A stretch of 64,000 bases of DNA from Auanema rhodensis (taxonomy: Eukaryota > Animalia > Nematoda). The stretch lies in assembly GCA_964057225.1 (NCBI GenBank), contig OZ059895.1, forward strand, positions 248,001-312,000, in the 5' to 3' direction. A program made the translations under genes and the position numbers. Of this stretch, positions 27,901 through 41,100 are shown piece after piece. How positions within the stretch are numbered: position 1 is the first letter of the stretch; each line of letters opens with the position of its first letter. Under the pieces are notes generated by a model. The model had not been told where the DNA came from, searched no databases, and worked only from the letters and a program-made list of their open reading frames with translations.

Positions 27901-30900
27901 CGATTTTCACCCTGAAGAATTAATTTTTTCGTTGAATAACATTGTCCATCGTCTTTGCCATGAAAAAAGGAATCTAAAAACATCTACTTTTTGCTAAATT
28001 ATTTTGAAATTTTTCGAAAAAATTTTTGTCAAAATGTTTTTGGAAGCATTGTTGAGTGTACATGGAAACTCAACATACACTAATGCATCATTTTTCAAAC
28101 GATCATAACTAATTTTTGTATTAAGCGTTTCTCAATGTAGTATAGTGCATTCGATGCGGATTTTTAAGCTGCGTCGATCTGTGTTATCAGATTTGCGCTA
28201 GTTTATAAATGCACCGAGATATCAACTGATATAAGTTCACACTTATATCCTCGATTTTCACCCTGAAGGAATAATTTTTTCGTTGAATAACATTGTCAAT
28301 CGTCTTTGCCTTGAAAAATGAAATCTAAAAACATCTACTTTTTGCTAAATTATTTTGAAATTTTTCGAAAAAATTTTTGTCAAAATGTTTTTGGAAGCAT
28401 TGTTGAGTGTACATGGAAACTCAACATACACTAATGCATCATTTTTCAAACGATCATAACTAATTTTTGTATCAAGCGTTTTTCAATGTAGTTTAGTGCA
28501 TTCGATGCGGATTTTTAAGCTGCGTCGATCTGTGTTATCAGATTTGCGCTAGCTTAAAAATGCACCGAGATATCAACTGATATAAGTTCACACTTATATC
28601 CTCGATTTTCACCCTGAAGGAATAATTTTTTCGTTGAATAACATTGTCCATCGTCTTTGCCTTGAAAAAAGGAATCTAAAAACATCTACTTTTTGCTAAA
28701 TTATTTTGAAATTTTTCGAAAAAATTTTTGTCAAAATGTTTTTGGAAGCATTGTTGAGTGTACATGGAAACTCAACATACACTAATGCATCATTTTTCAA
28801 ACGATCATAACTAATTTTTGTATTAAGCGTTTCTCAATGTAGTATAGTGCATTCGATGCGGATTTTTAAGCTGCGTCGATCTGTGTTATCAGATTTGCGC
28901 TAGCTTAAAAATGCACCGCGATATCAACTGATATAAGTTCACACTTATATCCTCGATTTTCACCCTGAAGGAATAATTTTTTCGTTGAATAACATTGTCC
29001 ATCGTCTTTGCCTTGAAAAATGGAATCTAAAAACATCTACTTTTTGCTAAATTATTTTGAAATTTTTCGAAAAAATTTTTGTCAAAATGTTTTTGGAAGC
29101 AATGTTGAGTGTACATGGAAACTCAACATACACTAATGCATCATTTTTCAAACGATCATAACTAACTTTTGTATCAAGCGTTTCTCAATGTAGTGTAGTG
29201 CATTCGATGCGGATTTTTAAGCTGCGTCGATCTGTGTTATCAGATTTGCGCTAGCTTAAAAATGCACCGAGATATCAACTGATATAAGTTCACACTTATA
29301 TCCTCGATTTTCACCCTGAAGAATTAATTTTTTCGTTGAATAACATTGTCCATCGTCTTTGCCTTGAAAAAAGGAATCTAAAAACATCTACTTTTTGCTA
29401 AATTATTTTGAAATTTTTCGAAAAAATTTTTGTCAAAATGTTTTTGGAAGCAATGTTGAGTGTACATGGAAACTCAACATACACTAATGCATCATTTTTC
29501 AAACGATCATAACTAACTTTTGTATCAAGCGTTTCTCAATGTAGTGTAGTGCATTCGATGCGGATTTTTAAGCTGCGTCGATCTGTGTTATCAGATTTGC
29601 GCTAGCTTAAAAATGCACCGAGATATCAACTGATATAAGTTCACACTTATATCCTCGATTTTCACCCTGAAGAATTAATTTTTTCGTTGAATAACATTGT
29701 CCATCGTCTTTGCCTTGAAAAAAGGAATCTAAAAACATCTACTTTTTGCTAAATTATTTTGAAATTTTTCGAAAAAGTTTTTGTCAAAATGTTTTTGGAA
29801 GCATTGTTGAGTGTACATGGAAACTCAACATACACTAATGCATCATTTTTCAAACGATCATAACTAACTTTTGTATCAAGCGTTTCTCAATGTAGTGTAG
29901 TGCATTCGATGCGGATTTTTAAGCTGCGTCGAACTGTGTTATCAGATTTGCGCTAGCTTAAAAATGCACCGAGATATCAACTGATATAAGTTCACACTTA
30001 TATCCTCGATTTTCACCCTGAAGAATTAATTTTTTCGTTGAATAACATTGTCCATCGTCTTTGCCTTGAAAAAAGGAATCTAAAAACATCTACTTTTTGC
30101 TAAATTATTTTGAAATTTTTCGAAAAAATTTTTGTCAAAATGTTTTTGGAAGCATTGTTGAGTGTACATGGAAACTCAACATACACTAATGCATCATTTT
30201 TCAAACGATCATAATTAATTTTTGTATTGAGCGTTTCTCAATGTAGTATAGTGCATTCGATGCGGATTTTTAAGCTGCGTCGATCTGTGTTATCAGATTT
30301 GCGCTAGCTTAAAAATGCACCGAGATATCAACTGATATAAGTTCACACTTATATCCTCGATTTTCACCCTGAAGGAATAATTTTTTCGTTGAATAACATT
30401 GTCCATCGTCTTTGCCTTGAAAAAAGGAATCTAAAAACATCTACTTTTTGCTAAATTATTTTGAAATTTTTCGAAAAAATTTTTGTCAAAATGTTTTTGG
30501 AAGCATTGTTGAGTGTACATGGAAACTCAACATACACTAATGCATCATTTTTCAAACGATCATAATTAATTTTTGTATTAAGCGTTTCTCAATGTAGTAT
30601 AGTGCATTCGATGCGGATTTTTAAGCTGCGTCGATCTGTGTTATCAGATTTGCGCTAGCTTAAAAATGCACCGCGATATCAACTGATATAAGTTCACACT
30701 TATATCCTCGATTTTCACCCTGAAGGAATAATTTTTTCGTTGAATAACATTGTCCATCGTCTTTGCCTTGAAAAATGGAATCTAAAAACATCTACTTTTT
30801 GCTAAATTATTTTGAAATTTTTCGAAAAAATTTTTGTCAAAATGTTTTTGGAAGCAATGTTGAGTGTACATGGAAACTCAACATACACTAATGCATCATT

Positions 30901-32292
30901 TTTCAAACGATCATAACTAACTTTTGTATCAAGCGTTTCTCAATGTAGTGTAGTGCATTCGATGCGGATTTTTAAGCTGCGTCGATCTGTGTTATCAGAT
31001 TTGCGCTAGCTTAAAAATGCACCGAGATATCAACTGATATAAGTTCACACTTATATCCTCAATTTTCACCCTGAAGAATTAATTTTTTCGTTGAATAACA
31101 TTGTCCATCGTCTTTGCCTTGAAAAAAGGAATCTAAAAACATCTACTTTTTGCTAAATTATTTTGAAATTTTTCGAAAAAATTTTTGTCAAAATGTTTTT
31201 GGAAGCAATGTTGAGTGTACATGGAAACTCAACATACACTAATGCATCATTTTTCAAACGATCATAACTAACTTTTGTATCAAGCGTTTCTCAATGTAGT
31301 GTAGTGCATTCGATGTGGATTTTTAAGCTGCGTCGATCTGTGTTATCAGATTTGCGCTAGCTTAAAAATGCACCGAGATATCAACTGATATAAGTTCACA
31401 CTTATATCCTCGATTTTCACCCTGAAGAATTAATTTTTTCGTTGAATTACATTGTCCATCGTCTTTGCCTTGAAAAAAGGAATCTAAAAACATCTACTTT
31501 TTGCTAAATTATTTTGAAATTTTTCGAAAAAATTTTTGTCAAAATGTTTTTGGAAGCATTGTTGAGTGTACATGGAAACTCAACATACACTAATGCATCA
31601 TTTTTCAAACGATCATAACTAACTTTTGTATCAAGCGTTTCTCAATGTAGTGTAGTGCATTCGATGCGGATTTTTAAGCTGCGTCGATCTGTGTTATCAG
31701 ATTTGCGCTAGCTTAAAAATGCACCGAGATATCAACTGATATAAGTTCACACTTATATCCTCGATTTTCACCCTGAAGAATTAATTTTTTCGTTAAATAA
31801 CATTGTCCATCGTCTTTGCCTTGAAAAAAGGAATCTAAAAACATCTACTTTTTGCTAAATTATTTTGAAATTTTTCGAAAAAATTTTTGTCAAAATGTTT
31901 TTGGAAGCATTGTTGAGTGTACATGGAAACTCAACATACACTAATGCATCATTTTTCAAACGATCATAACTAACTTTTGTATCAAGCGTTTCTCAATGTA
32001 GTGTAGTGCATTCGATGCGGATTTTTAAGCTGCGTCGATCTGTGTTATCAGATTTGCGCTAGCTTAAAAATGCACCGAGATATCAACTGATATAAGTTCA
32101 CACGTATATCCTCGATTTTCACCCTGAAGAATTAATTTTTTCGTTGAATAACATTGTCCATCGTCTTTGCCTTGAAAAAAGGAATCTAAAAACATCTACT
32201 TTTTGCTAAATTATTTTGAAATTTTTCGAAAAAATTTTTGTCAAAATGTTTTTGGAAGCATTGTTGAGTGTACATGGAAACTCAACATACAC

Positions 32293-32605
32293 TAATGCAT
32301 CATTTTTCAAACGATCATAATTAATTTTTGTATTAAGCGTTTCTCAATGTAGTATAGTGCATTCGATGCGGACTAGCTAAAAATGCACCGAGATATCAAC
32401 TGATATAAGTTCACACTTATATCCTCGATTTTCACCCTGAAGAATTAATTTTTTCGTTGAATAACATTGTCCATCGTCTTTGCCTTGAAAAATGGAAACT
32501 AAAAACATCTACTTTTTGCTAAATTATTTTGAAATTTTTCGAAAAAATTTTTGTCAAAATGTTTTTGGAAGCATTGTTGAGTGTACATGGAAACTCAACA
32601 TACAC
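32293..32605 (+). repeat. 313-bp deletion-variant monomer, copy 1
   Basis: Reads GATGCGGA|CTAGCTAAAAATG: monomer positions 81-117 are lost plus one T from GCTTAAAAA. Junction at 32372/32373. Confidence 0.95.
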
Positions 32606-34711
32606 TAATGCATCATTTTTCAAACGATCATAACTAATTTTTGTATTAAGCGTTTCTCAATGTAGTATAGTGCATTCGATGCGGATTTTTAAGCTGCGTC
32701 GATCTGTGTTATCAGATTTGCGCTAGCTTAAAAATGCACCGCGATATCAACTGATATAAGTTCACACTTATATCCTCGATTTTCACCCTGAAGGAATAAT
32801 TTTTTCGTTGAATAACATTGTCCATCGTCTTTGCCTTGGAAAATGGAATCTAAAAACATCTACTTTTTGCTAAATTATTTTGAAATTTTTCGAAAAAATT
32901 TTTGTCAAAATGTTTTTGGAAGCAATGTTGAGTGTACATGGAAACTCAACATACACTAATGCATCATTTTTCAAACGATCATAACTAACTTTTGTATCAA
33001 GCGTTTCTCAATGTAGTGTAGTGCATTCGATGCGGATTTTTAAGCTGCGTCGATCTGTGTTATCAGATTTGCGCTAGCTTAAAAATGCACCGAGATATCA
33101 ACTGATATAAGTTCACACTTATATCCTCAATTTTCACCCTGAAGAATTAATTTTTTCGTTGAATAACATTGTCCATCGTCTTTGCCTTGAAAAATGGAAT
33201 CTAAAAACATCTACTTTTTGCTAAATTATTTTGAAATTTTTCGAAAAAATTTTTGTCAAAATGTTTTTGGAAGCAATGTTGAGTGTACATGGAAACTCAA
33301 CATACACTAATGCATCATTTTTCAAACGATCATAACTAACTTTTGTATCAAGCGTTTCTCAATGTAGTGTAGTGCATTCGATGCGGATTTTTAAGCTGCG
33401 TCGATCTGTGTTATCAGATTTGCGCTAGCTTAAAAATGCACCGAGATATCAACTGATATAAGTTCACACTTATATCCTCAATTTTCACCCTGAAGAATTA
33501 ATTTTTTCGTTGAATAACATTGTCCATCGTCTTTGCCTTGAAAAAAGGAATCTAAAAACATCTACTTTTTGCTAAATTATTTTGAAATTTTTCGAAAAAA
33601 TTTTTGTCAAAATGTTTTTGGAAGCAATGTTGAGTGTACATGGAAACTCAACATACACTAATGCATCATTTTTCAAACGATCATAACTAACTTTTGTATC
33701 AAGCGTTTCTCAATGTAGTGTAGTGCATTCGATGTGGATTTTTAAGCTGCGTCGATCTGTGTTATCAGATTTGCGCTAGCTTAAAAATGCACCGAGATAT
33801 CAACTGATATAAGTTCACACTTATATCCTCGATTTTCACCCTGAAGAATTAATTTTTTCGTTGAATTACATTGTCCATCGTCTTTGCCTTGAAAAAAGGA
33901 ATCTAAAAACATCTACTTTTTGCTAAATTATTTTGAAATTTTTCGAAAAAATTTTTGTCAAAATGTTTTTGGAAGCATTGTTGAGTGTACATGGAAACTC
34001 AACATACACTAATGCATCATTTTTCAAACGATCATAACTAACTTTTGTATCAAGCGTTTCTCAATGTAGTGTAGTGCATTCGATGCGGATTTTTAAGCTG
34101 CGTCGATCTGTGTTATCAGATTTGCGCTAGCTTAAAAATGCACCGAGATATCAACTGATATAAGTTCACACTTATATCCTCGATTTTCACCCTGAAGAAT
34201 TAATTTTTTCGTTGAATAACATTGTCCATCGTCTTTGCCTTGAAAAAAGGAATCTAAAAACATCTACTTTTTGCTAAATTATTTTGAAATTTTTCGAAAA
34301 AATTTTTGTCAAAATGTTTTTGGAAGCATTGTTGAGTGTACATGGAAACTCAACATACACTAATGCATCATTTTTCAAACGATCATAACTAACTTTTGTA
34401 TCAAGCGTTTCTCAATGTAGTGTAGTGCATTCGATGCGGATTTTTAAGCTGCGTCGATCTGTGTTATCAGATTTGCGCTAGCTTAAAAATGCACCGAGAT
34501 ATCAACTGATATAAGTTCACACGTATATCCTCGATTTTCACCCTGAAGAATTAATTTTTTCGTTGAATAACATTGTCCATCGTCTTTGCCTTGAAAAAAG
34601 GAATCTAAAAACATCTACTTTTTGCTAAATTATTTTGAAATTTTTCGAAAAAATTTTTGTCAAAATGTTTTTGGAAGCATTGTTGAGTGTACATGGAAAC
34701 TCAACATACAC

Positions 34712-35024
34712 TAATGCATCATTTTTCAAACGATCATAATTAATTTTTGTATTAAGCGTTTCTCAATGTAGTATAGTGCATTCGATGCGGACTAGCTAAA
34801 AATGCACCGAGATATCAACTGATATAAGTTCACACTTATATCCTCGATTTTCACCCTGAAGAATTAATTTTTTCGTTGAATAACATTGTCCATCGTCTTT
34901 GCCTTGAAAAATGGAAACTAAAAACATCTACTTTTTGCTAAATTATTTTGAAATTTTTCGAAAAAATTTTTGTCAAAATGTTTTTGGAAGCATTGTTGAG
35001 TGTACATGGAAACTCAACATACAC
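34712..35024 (+). repeat. 313-bp deletion-variant monomer, copy 2
   Basis: Identical junction at 34791/34792. Shares the CATAATTAAT and GGAAACT SNPs with copy 1. Confidence 0.95.
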
Positions 35025-37832
35025 TAATGCATCATTTTTCAAACGATCATAACTAATTTTTGTATTAAGCGTTTCTCAATGTAGTATAGTGCATTCGATG
35101 CGGATTTTTAAGCTGCGTCGATCTGTGTTATCAGATTTGCGCTAGCTTAAAAATGCACCGCGATATCAACTGATATAAGTTCACACTTATATCCTCGATT
35201 TTCACCCTGAAGGAATAATTTTTTCGTTGAATAACATTGTCCATCGTCTTTGCCTTGGAAAATGGAATCTAAAAACATCTACTTTTTGCTAAATTATTTT
35301 GAAATTTTTCGAAAAAATTTTTGTCAAAATGTTTTTGGAAGCAATGTTGAGTGTACATGGAAACTCAACATACACTAATGCATCATTTTTCAAACGATCA
35401 TAACTAACTTTTGTATCAAGCGTTTCTCAATGTAGTGTAGTGCATTCGATGCGGATTTTTAAGCTGCGTCGATCTGTGTTATCAGATTTGCGCTAGCTTA
35501 AAAATGCACCGAGATATCAACTGATATAAGTTCACACTTATATCCTCAATTTTCACCCTGAAGAATTAATTTTTTCGTTGAATAACATTGTCCATCGTCT
35601 TTGCCTTGAAAAATGGAATCTAAAAACATCTACTTTTTGCTAAATTATTTTGAAATTTTTCGAAAAAATTTTTGTCAAAATGTTTTTGGAAGCATTGTTG
35701 AGTGTACATGGAAACTCAACATACACTAATGCATCATTTTTCAAACGATCATAACTAATTTTTGTATTAAGCGTTTCTCAATGTAGTATAGTGCATTCGA
35801 TGCGGATTTTTAAGCTGCGTCGATCTGTGTTATCAGATTTGCGCTAGCTTAAAAATGCACCGAGATATCAACTGATATAAGTTCACACTTATATCCTCGA
35901 TTTTCACCCTGAAGAATTAATTTTTTCGTTGAATAACATTGTCCATCGTCTTTGCCTTGAAAAAAGGAATCTAAAAACATCTACTTTTTGCTAAATTATT
36001 TTGAAATTTTTCGAAAAAATTTTTGTCAAAATGTTTTTGGAAGCATTGTTGAGTGTACATGGAAACTCAACATACACTAATGCATCATTTTTCAAACGAT
36101 CATAACTAACTTTTGTATCAAGCGTTTCTCAATGTAGTATAGTGCATTCGATGCGGATTTTTAAGCTGCGTCGATCTGTGTTATCAGATTTGCGCTAGCT
36201 TAAAAATGCACCGCGATATCAACTGATATAAGTTCACACTTATATCCTCGATTTTCACCCTGAAGAATTAATTTTTTCGTTGAATAACATTGTCCATCGT
36301 CTTTGCCTTGGAAAATGGAATCTAAAAACATCTACTTTTTGCTAAATTATTTTGAAATTTTTCGAAAAAATTTTTGTCAAAATGTTTTTGGAAGCAATGT
36401 TGAGTGTACATGGAAACTCAACATACACTAATGCATCATTTTTCAAACGATCATAACTAACTTTTGTATCAAGCGTTTCTCAATGTAGTGTAGTGCATTC
36501 GATGCGGATTTTTAAGCTGCGTCGATCTGTGTTATCAGATTTGCGCTAGCTTAAAAATGCACCGAGATATCAACTGATATAAGTTCACACTTATATCCTC
36601 AATTTTCACCCTGAAGAATTAATTTTTTCGTTGAATAACATTGTCCATCGTCTTTGCCTTGAAAAATGGAATCTAAAAACATCTACTTTTTGCTAAATTA
36701 TTTTGAAATTTTTCGAAAAAATTTTTGTCAAAATGTTTTTGGAAGCATTGTTGAGTGTACATGGAAACTCAACATACACTAATGCATCATTTTTCAAACG
36801 ATCATAACTAATTTTTGTATTAAGCGTTTCTCAATGTAGTATAGTGCATTCGATGCGGATTTTTAAGCTGCGTCGATCTGTGTTATCAGATTTGCGCTAG
36901 CTTAAAAATGCACCGAGATATCAACTGATATAAGTTCACACTTATATCCTCGATTTTCACCCTGAAGAATTAATTTTTTCGTTGAATAACATTGTCCATC
37001 GTCTTTGCCTTGAAAAAAGGAATCTAAAAACATCTACTTTTTGCTAAATTATTTTGAAATTTTTCGAAAAAATTTTTGTCAAAATGTTTTTGGAAGCATT
37101 GTTGAGTGTACATGGAAACTCAACATACACTAATGCATCATTTTTCAAACGATCATAACTAACTTTTGTATCAAGCGTTTCTCAATGTAGTGTAGTGCAT
37201 TCGATGCGAATTTTTAAGCTGCGTCGATCTGTGTTATCAGATTTGCGCTAGCTTAAAAATGCACCGAGATATCAACTGATATAAGTTCACACTTATATCC
37301 TCGATTTTCACCCTGAAGAATTAATTTTTTCGTTGAATAACATTGTCCATCGTCTTTGCCTTGAAAAAAGGAATCTAAAAACATCTACTTTTTGCTAAAT
37401 TATTTTGAAATTTTTCGAAAAAATTTTTGTCAAAATGTTTTTGGAAGCATTGTTGAGTGTACATGGAAACTCAACATACACTAATGCATCATTTTTCAAA
37501 CGATCATAACTAACTTTTGTATCAAGCGTTTCTCAATGTAGTGTAGTGCATTCGATGCGGATTTTTAAGCTGCGTCGATCTGTGTTATCAGATTTGCGCT
37601 AGCTTAAAAATGCACCGAGATATCAACTGATATAAGTTCACACTTATATCCTCGATTTTCACCCTGAAGAATTAATTTTTTCGTTGAATAACATTGTCCA
37701 TCGTCTTTGCCTTGAAAAAAGGAATCTAAAAACATCTACTTTTTGCTAAATTATTTTGAAATTTTTCGAAAAAATTTTTGTCAAAATGTTTTTGGAAGCA
37801 TTGTTGAGTGTACATGGAAACTCAACATACAC

Positions 37833-38145
37833 TAATGCATCATTTTTCAAACGATCATAATTAATTTTTGTATTAAGCGTTTCTCAATGTAGTATAGTGC
37901 ATTCGATGCGGACTAGCTAAAAATGCACCGAGATATCAACTGATATAAGTTCACACTTATATCCTCGATTTTCACCCTGAAGAATTAATTTTTTCGTTGA
38001 ATAACATTGTCCATCGTCTTTGCCTTGAAAAATGGAATCTAAAAACATCTACTTTTTGCTAAATTATTTTGAAATTTTTCGAAAAAATTTTTGTCAAAAT
38101 GTTTTTGGAAGCATTGTTGAGTGTACATGGAAACTCAACATACAC
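37833..38145 (+). repeat. 313-bp deletion-variant monomer, copy 3
   Basis: Identical junction at 37912/37913. Shares CATAATTAAT but has consensus GGAATCT. Confidence 0.95.
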
Positions 38146-41100
38146 TAATGCATCATTTTTCAAACGATCATAACTAATTTTTGAATTAAGCGTTTCTCAA
38201 TGTAGTATAGTGCATTCGATGCGGATTTTTAAGCTGCGTCGATCTGTGTTATCAGATTTGCGCTAGCTTAAAAATGCACCGAGATATCAACTGATATAAG
38301 TTCACACTTATATCCTCGATTTTCACCCTGAAGAATTAATTTTTTCGTTGAATAACATTGTCCATCGTCTTTGCCTTGAAAAATGGAATCTAAAAACATC
38401 TACTTCTTGCTAAATTATTTTGAAATTTTTCGAAAAAATTTTTGTCAAAATGTTTTTGGAAGCATTGTTGAGTGTACATGGAAACTCAACATACACTAAT
38501 GCATCATTTTTCAAACGATCATAACTAATTTTTGTATTAAGCGTTTCTCAATGTAGTATAGTGCATTCGATGCGGATTTTTAAGCTGCGTCGATCTGTGT
38601 TATCAGATTTGCGCTAGCTTAAAAATGCACCGAGATATCAACTGATATAAGTTCACACTTATATCCTCGATTTTCACCCTGAAGAATTAATTTTTTCGTT
38701 GAATTACATTGTCCATCGTCTTTGCCTTGAAAAAAGGAATCTAAAAACATCTACTTTTTGCTAAATTATTTTGAAATTTTTCGAAAAAATTTTTGTCAAA
38801 ATGTTTTTGGAAGCATTGTTGAGTGTACATGGAAACTCAACATACACTAATGCATCATTTTTCAAACGATCATAACTAACTTTTGTATCAAGCGTTTCTC
38901 AATGTAGTGTAGTGCATTCGATGCGGATTTTTAAGCTGCGTCGATCTGTGTTATCAGATTTGCGCTAGCTTAAAAATGCACCGAGATATCAACTGATATA
39001 AGTTCACACTTATATCCTCGATTTTCACCCTGAAGAATTAATTTTTTCGTTGAATAACATTGTCCATCGTCTTTGCCTTGAAAAAAGGAATCTAAAAACA
39101 TCTACTTTTTGCTAAATTATTTTGAAATTTTTCGAAAAAATTTTTGTCAAAATGTTTTTGGAAGCATTGTTGAGTGTACATGGAAACTCAACATACACTA
39201 ATGCATCATTTTTCAAACGATCATAACTAACTTTTGTATCAAGCGTTTCTCAATGTAGTGTAGTGCATTCGATGCGGATTTTTAAGCTGCGTCGATCTGT
39301 GTTATCAGATTTGCGCTAGCTTAAAAATGCACCGAGATATCAACTGATATAAGTTCACACTTATATCCTCGATTTTCACCCTGAAGAATTAATTTTTTCG
39401 TTGAATAACATTGTCCATCGTCTTTGCCTTGAAAAATGGAATCTAAAAACATCTACTTTTTGCTAAATTATTTTGAAATTTTTCGAAAAAATTTTTGTCA
39501 AAATGTTTTTGGAAGCATTGTTGAGTGTACATGGAAACTCAACATACACTAATGCATCATTTTTCAAACGATCATAACTAATTTTTGAATTAAGCGTTTC
39601 TCAATGTAGTATAGTGCATTCGATGCGGATTTTTAAGCTGCGTCGATCTGTGTTATCAGATTTGCGCTAGCTTAAAAATGCACCGAGATATCAACTGATA
39701 TAAGTTCACACTTATATCCTCGATTTTCACCCTGAAGAATTAATTTTTTCGTTGAATAACATTGTCCATCGTCTTTGCCTTGAAAAATGGAATCTAAAAA
39801 CATCTACTTTTTGCTAAATTATTTTGAAATTTTTCGAAAAAATTTTTGTCAAAATGTTTTTGGAAGCATTGTTGAGTGTACATGGAAACTCAACATACAC
39901 TAATGCATCATTTTTCAAACGATCATAACTAACTTTTGTATCAAGCGTTTCTCAATGTAGTGTAGTGCATTCGATGCGGATTTTTAAGCTGCGTCGATCT
40001 GTGTTATCAGATTTGCGCTAGCTTAAAAATGCACCGAGATATCAACTGATATAAGTTCACACTTATATCCTCGATTTTCACCCTGAAGAATTAATTTTTT
40101 CGTTGAATAACATTGTCCATCGTCTTCGCCTTGAAAAATGGAATCTAAAAACATCTACTTATTGCTAAATTATTTTGAAATTTTTCGAAAAAATTTTTGT
40201 CAAAATGTTTTTGGAAGCATTGTTGAGTGTACATGGAAACTCAACATACACTAATGCATCATTTTTCAAACGATCATAACTAATTTTTGTATTAAGCGTT
40301 TCTCAATGTAGTATAGTGCATTCGATGCGGATTTTTAAGCTGCGTCGATCTGTGTTATCAGATTTGCGCTAGCTTAAAAATGCACCGAGATATCAACTGA
40401 TATAAGTTCACACTTATATCCTCGATTTTCACCCTGAAGGAATAATTTTTTCGTTGAATAACATTGTCCATCGTCTTTGCCTTGAAAAAAGGAATCTAAA
40501 AACATCTACTTTTTGCTAAATTATTTTGAAATTTTTCGAAAAAATTTTTGTCAAAATGTTTTTGGAAGCATTGTTGAGTGTACATGGAAACTCAACATAC
40601 ACTAATGCATCATTTTTCAAACGATTATAACTAATTTTTGTATTGAGCGTTTCTCAATGTAGTATAGTGCATTCGATGCGGATTTTTAAGCTGCGTCGAT
40701 CTGTGTTATCAGATTTGCGCTAGCTTAAAAATGCACCGAGATATCAACTGATATAAGTTCACACTTATATCCTCGATTTTCACCCTGAAGAATTAATTTT
40801 TTCTTTGAATAACATTGTCCATCGTCTTTGCCATGAAAAAAGGAATCTAAAAACATCTACTTTTTGCTAAATTATTTTGAAATTTTTCGAAAAAATTTTT
40901 GTCAAAATGTTTTTGGAAGCATTGTTGAGTGTACATGGAAACTCAACATACACTAATGCATCATTTTTCAAACGATCATAATTAATTTTTGTATTAAGCG
41001 TTTCTCAATGTAGTATAGTGCATTCGATGCGGATTTTTAAGCTGCGTCGATCTGTGTTATCAGATTTGCGCTAGCTTAAAAATGCACCGAGATATCAACT

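Larger units (their letters stand above)
30889..35726 (+). repeat. 7-monomer (2419-bp) tandem higher-order duplication including the deletion monomer
   Basis: GATGTGG+GAATTAC, CACGTAT (32104/34523), the 38-bp deletion (32372/34791) and CTTGGA (32839/35258) all recur at 2419 = 6x351+313. Confidence 0.9.

Noticed and set aside
1-32292. Long repetitive ORF (351 is divisible by 3)
   Set aside because: The supplied ORF track shows nothing longer than 75 aa, so no reading frame stays open across monomers.
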